A stretch of 55,575 nucleotides of DNA from the NCBI GenBank assembly GCA_016781105.1, contig JADDRA010000109.1, positions 1 through 55,575 on the forward strand, in the 5' to 3' direction. The notes beneath the pieces were generated by a model that saw nothing but the letters and a program-made list of their open reading frames with translations, was not told where the DNA came from and did not search any database. The position numbers were made by a program, and so were the translations under genes. This document shows positions 53,971 through 55,575 of this stretch, in pieces (position 1 is the first letter of the stretch; the number at the start of each line of letters is the position of its first letter). The DNA comes from Actinomycetota bacterium. GTDB taxonomy: Bacteria > Actinomycetota > Acidimicrobiia > Acidimicrobiales > CADCSY01.

Positions 53971-55173
53971 ATGACCACCGACCTGGCGGTCTACATCCCC
54001 ATCGGCCTGATCGGCCTGATCCGCTGGATCAGCTGGTTCGTCCGGCGCGTCCCCGCCGCCCTCTACCGGCCCTTCTCCTCGGCCCACCGAGAGCCGATCA
54101 CCGTGGTGACGCCGGTCTACCAGGAGGACCCGGGCATCTTCCGGGCGGCCCTGGAGTCCTGGCTGGCCAACCGCCACGTCCGCGAGGTGGTGTGCGTCAT
54201 CGACGTCACCGACGTCGTCTGTCAGGCCATCGCCGCTGAGTACCCGGTGACCGTGGTCACCACCGCGGTGCCCGGCAAGCGACCGGCACTGCGGCTGGGC
54301 TGGGAGCACGCCTCGACCGACCTGGTTGCCCTGGTCGACTCGGACACGATCTGGGCGAGCGATGTCTCTGACCGGGTGTGTGAGCCCTTCGCCGACCCTC
54401 GGGTGGGCGGCGTGGGCACCAGGCAGAACGTCTACAACCCCGAGGGTGTCCTCCAGCGCATGAACGACATCTACCTGGACCTGCGCTACTTCGACGAGAA
54501 CGCGGCGCAGACGGTGATGGGCCAGGCGGTCTCGTGCCTGTCCGGTCGGACGGCGGTCTACCGGCGAGAGCTGCTGGTCGCCCATGCCGACGAGTTCATC
54601 GAAGAGCGATTCCTCGGGCTGCCCTGCAACTCGGGCGACGACAAGCGCCTGACCTCGCTCATCCTCCGCGATGGCTACCGCACCTTCATGCAGCGCTCGG
54701 CCCGGGTGTGGTCGACGTTCCCCAGCGACGCCCGGACCTTCTTCCGCCAGCGCCTGCGCTGGTCCCGCAACACCTGGCGCAGCGATCTGCGAGCCCTGGC
54801 CCGGGGCTGGGTCTTCAAGCGCCCCTTCCTGGCCTACACCATGATCGACAAGGCGGTCAGCAGCTTCACCCTGTTGCTGTCCCCGACCTACCTCGTCCTC
54901 GCCCTCGTGCGGGGTGACTGGCTGGTCGCCCTGGCCCTGGTCAACTGGTGGCTGGTCAGCCGGGGCACCAAGATGCTGCCCCACCTGCGCCGCCGTCCCC
55001 GCGACCTCGCCATCGTCCCGCTCTACATCGGGCTGTCCTTCGTCATGGCCGTGGTCAAGATCTACGCCCTGACCACCATCAGGGGCCAGCGCTGGCTCAC
55101 CCGGGACGTCGCGGTGGTCGACGGCGAGGTGGTGCGCACGGAGGAGCCCCAAGCCGAGCAGGTACCGGCGTGA
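53971..55173 (+). CDS. processive family-2 glycosyltransferase, HasA/Cps3S/NodC-like polysaccharide synthase
   Basis: VVTPVYQED, LVDSDT, SGDDKRLT and Q(R)xRW (FRQRLRWSRNTWRS), flanked by N- and C-terminal TM helices. Confidence 0.8.
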   Translation: MTTDLAVYIPIGLIGLIRWISWFVRRVPAALYRPFSSAHREPITVVTPVYQEDPGIFRAALESWLANRHVREVVCVIDVTDVVCQAIAAEYPVTVVTTAVPGKRPALRLGWEHASTDLVALVDSDTIWASDVSDRVCEPFADPRVGGVGTRQNVYNPEGVLQRMNDIYLDLRYFDENAAQTVMGQAVSCLSGRTAVYRRELLVAHADEFIEERFLGLPCNSGDDKRLTSLILRDGYRTFMQRSARVWSTFPSDARTFFRQRLRWSRNTWRSDLRALARGWVFKRPFLAYTMIDKAVSSFTLLLSPTYLVLALVRGDWLVALALVNWWLVSRGTKMLPHLRRRPRDLAIVPLYIGLSFVMAVVKIYALTTIRGQRWLTRDVAVVDGEVVRTEEPQAEQVPA

Positions 55174-55575
55174 GCCCCGACTCCCGGGGCACCCGGCGGT
55201 GGCGTGAGCGCCTCCTGCTGGTCACGGCGATCCTGACCCTCGCCCTGGCGGCGACGGCACCGGCGATGGCCCAGGTCTCGCCCGTGCCGACCGCTCCGCC
55301 CACGACCTCGTCACCGACCACCGTTCCGCCCACCACCGCGGCGCCGACGCCGACCACCGCCCCGCCTACCACCGCGGCACCACCGACCACGTCTCCTCCC
55401 GCGACCTCGCCCCCGGCCACGTCGCCCCCGGCCACGTCGCCCCCGGCCACGTCGCCCCCGGCCACGTCGCCCCGGGCCACGTCGCCCCCGGCGAGCAGCC
55501 CTCGGCTCGCTCCCCCGGCGAGCCAGCCCCGGTCGACCCCACCGCGCGTGCTCTTGACGCCGCGGTCACCCGCGC
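55170..55575 (+). CDS. secreted Pro/Thr/Ser-repeat protein, 5' part only (runs off the window)
   Basis: The GTG at 55170 overlaps the synthase TGA (GTGA). Signal-peptide-like RRWRERLLLVTAILTLALAATAPAMA is followed by PTT/ATSPP repeats. No stop codon before the window end. Confidence 0.6.
   Translation, partial: MSPDSRGTRRWRERLLLVTAILTLALAATAPAMAQVSPVPTAPPTTSSPTTVPPTTAAPTPTTAPPTTAAPPTTSPPATSPPATSPPATSPPATSPPATSPRATSPPASSPRLAPPASQPRSTPPRVLLTPRSPA
55401..55490. repeat. six tandem 15-nt units (GCCACGTCGCCCCCG) encoding (ATSPP)n
   Basis: Units 2, 3, 4 and 6 are identical, unit 1 has 3 substitutions and unit 5 has 1. The repeat is in frame within the partial CDS. Confidence 0.85.

Noticed and set aside
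55401-55490. The 15-nt repeats as a possible CRISPR-like array.
   Set aside because: The units are contiguous with no spacers. They are far shorter than CRISPR repeats and sit in frame inside a signal-peptide protein.

Overview
About 70% GC chromosomal segment. Gene content and order point to Actinomycetota: comEA-comEC, PAC2, XPB helicase, a PPOX/F420-type enzyme, class II DAHP synthase, and the rplU-rpmA-obg-proB...proA...nadD-rsfS backbone. I support about 50 protein genes, one tRNA-Ala(GGC) and no rRNA, CRISPR array or transposase. The core genes are leuS, proA/proB, obg, rplU/rpmA, nadD/rsfS, cysQ/cysDNC, rne and a sigma-70 factor. Accessory blocks interrupt them: (i) two tandem LAGLIDADG/zinc-ribbon endonuclease-like genes directly after the tRNA; (ii) a co-directional XPB helicase + p52-like partner + MoxR ATPase + VWA protein + histidine phosphatase cluster; (iii) three Uma2 (DUF820) nuclease genes around proA; (iv) a vapBC-like module behind about 500 bp of non-coding DNA; (v) at the right edge, a divergent synthase-type exopolysaccharide locus, which I consider the best candidate for an undescribed system. 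That locus has two paralogous beta-helix proteins facing a truncated UDP-sugar dehydrogenase, a HasA/Cps3S-like GT2 synthase and a Pro/Thr-repeat secreted protein. The window also has unusually many frame disruptions and short tandem duplications. These include a perfect in-frame 204-bp duplication in the DAHP synthase gene, and they may be real gene decay or assembly error. All functional calls rest on motifs I recognised by eye in the supplied translations; no database search was run. Most very long ORFs in the track are Arg/Pro/Gly-rich shadow frames of real genes and were discarded.
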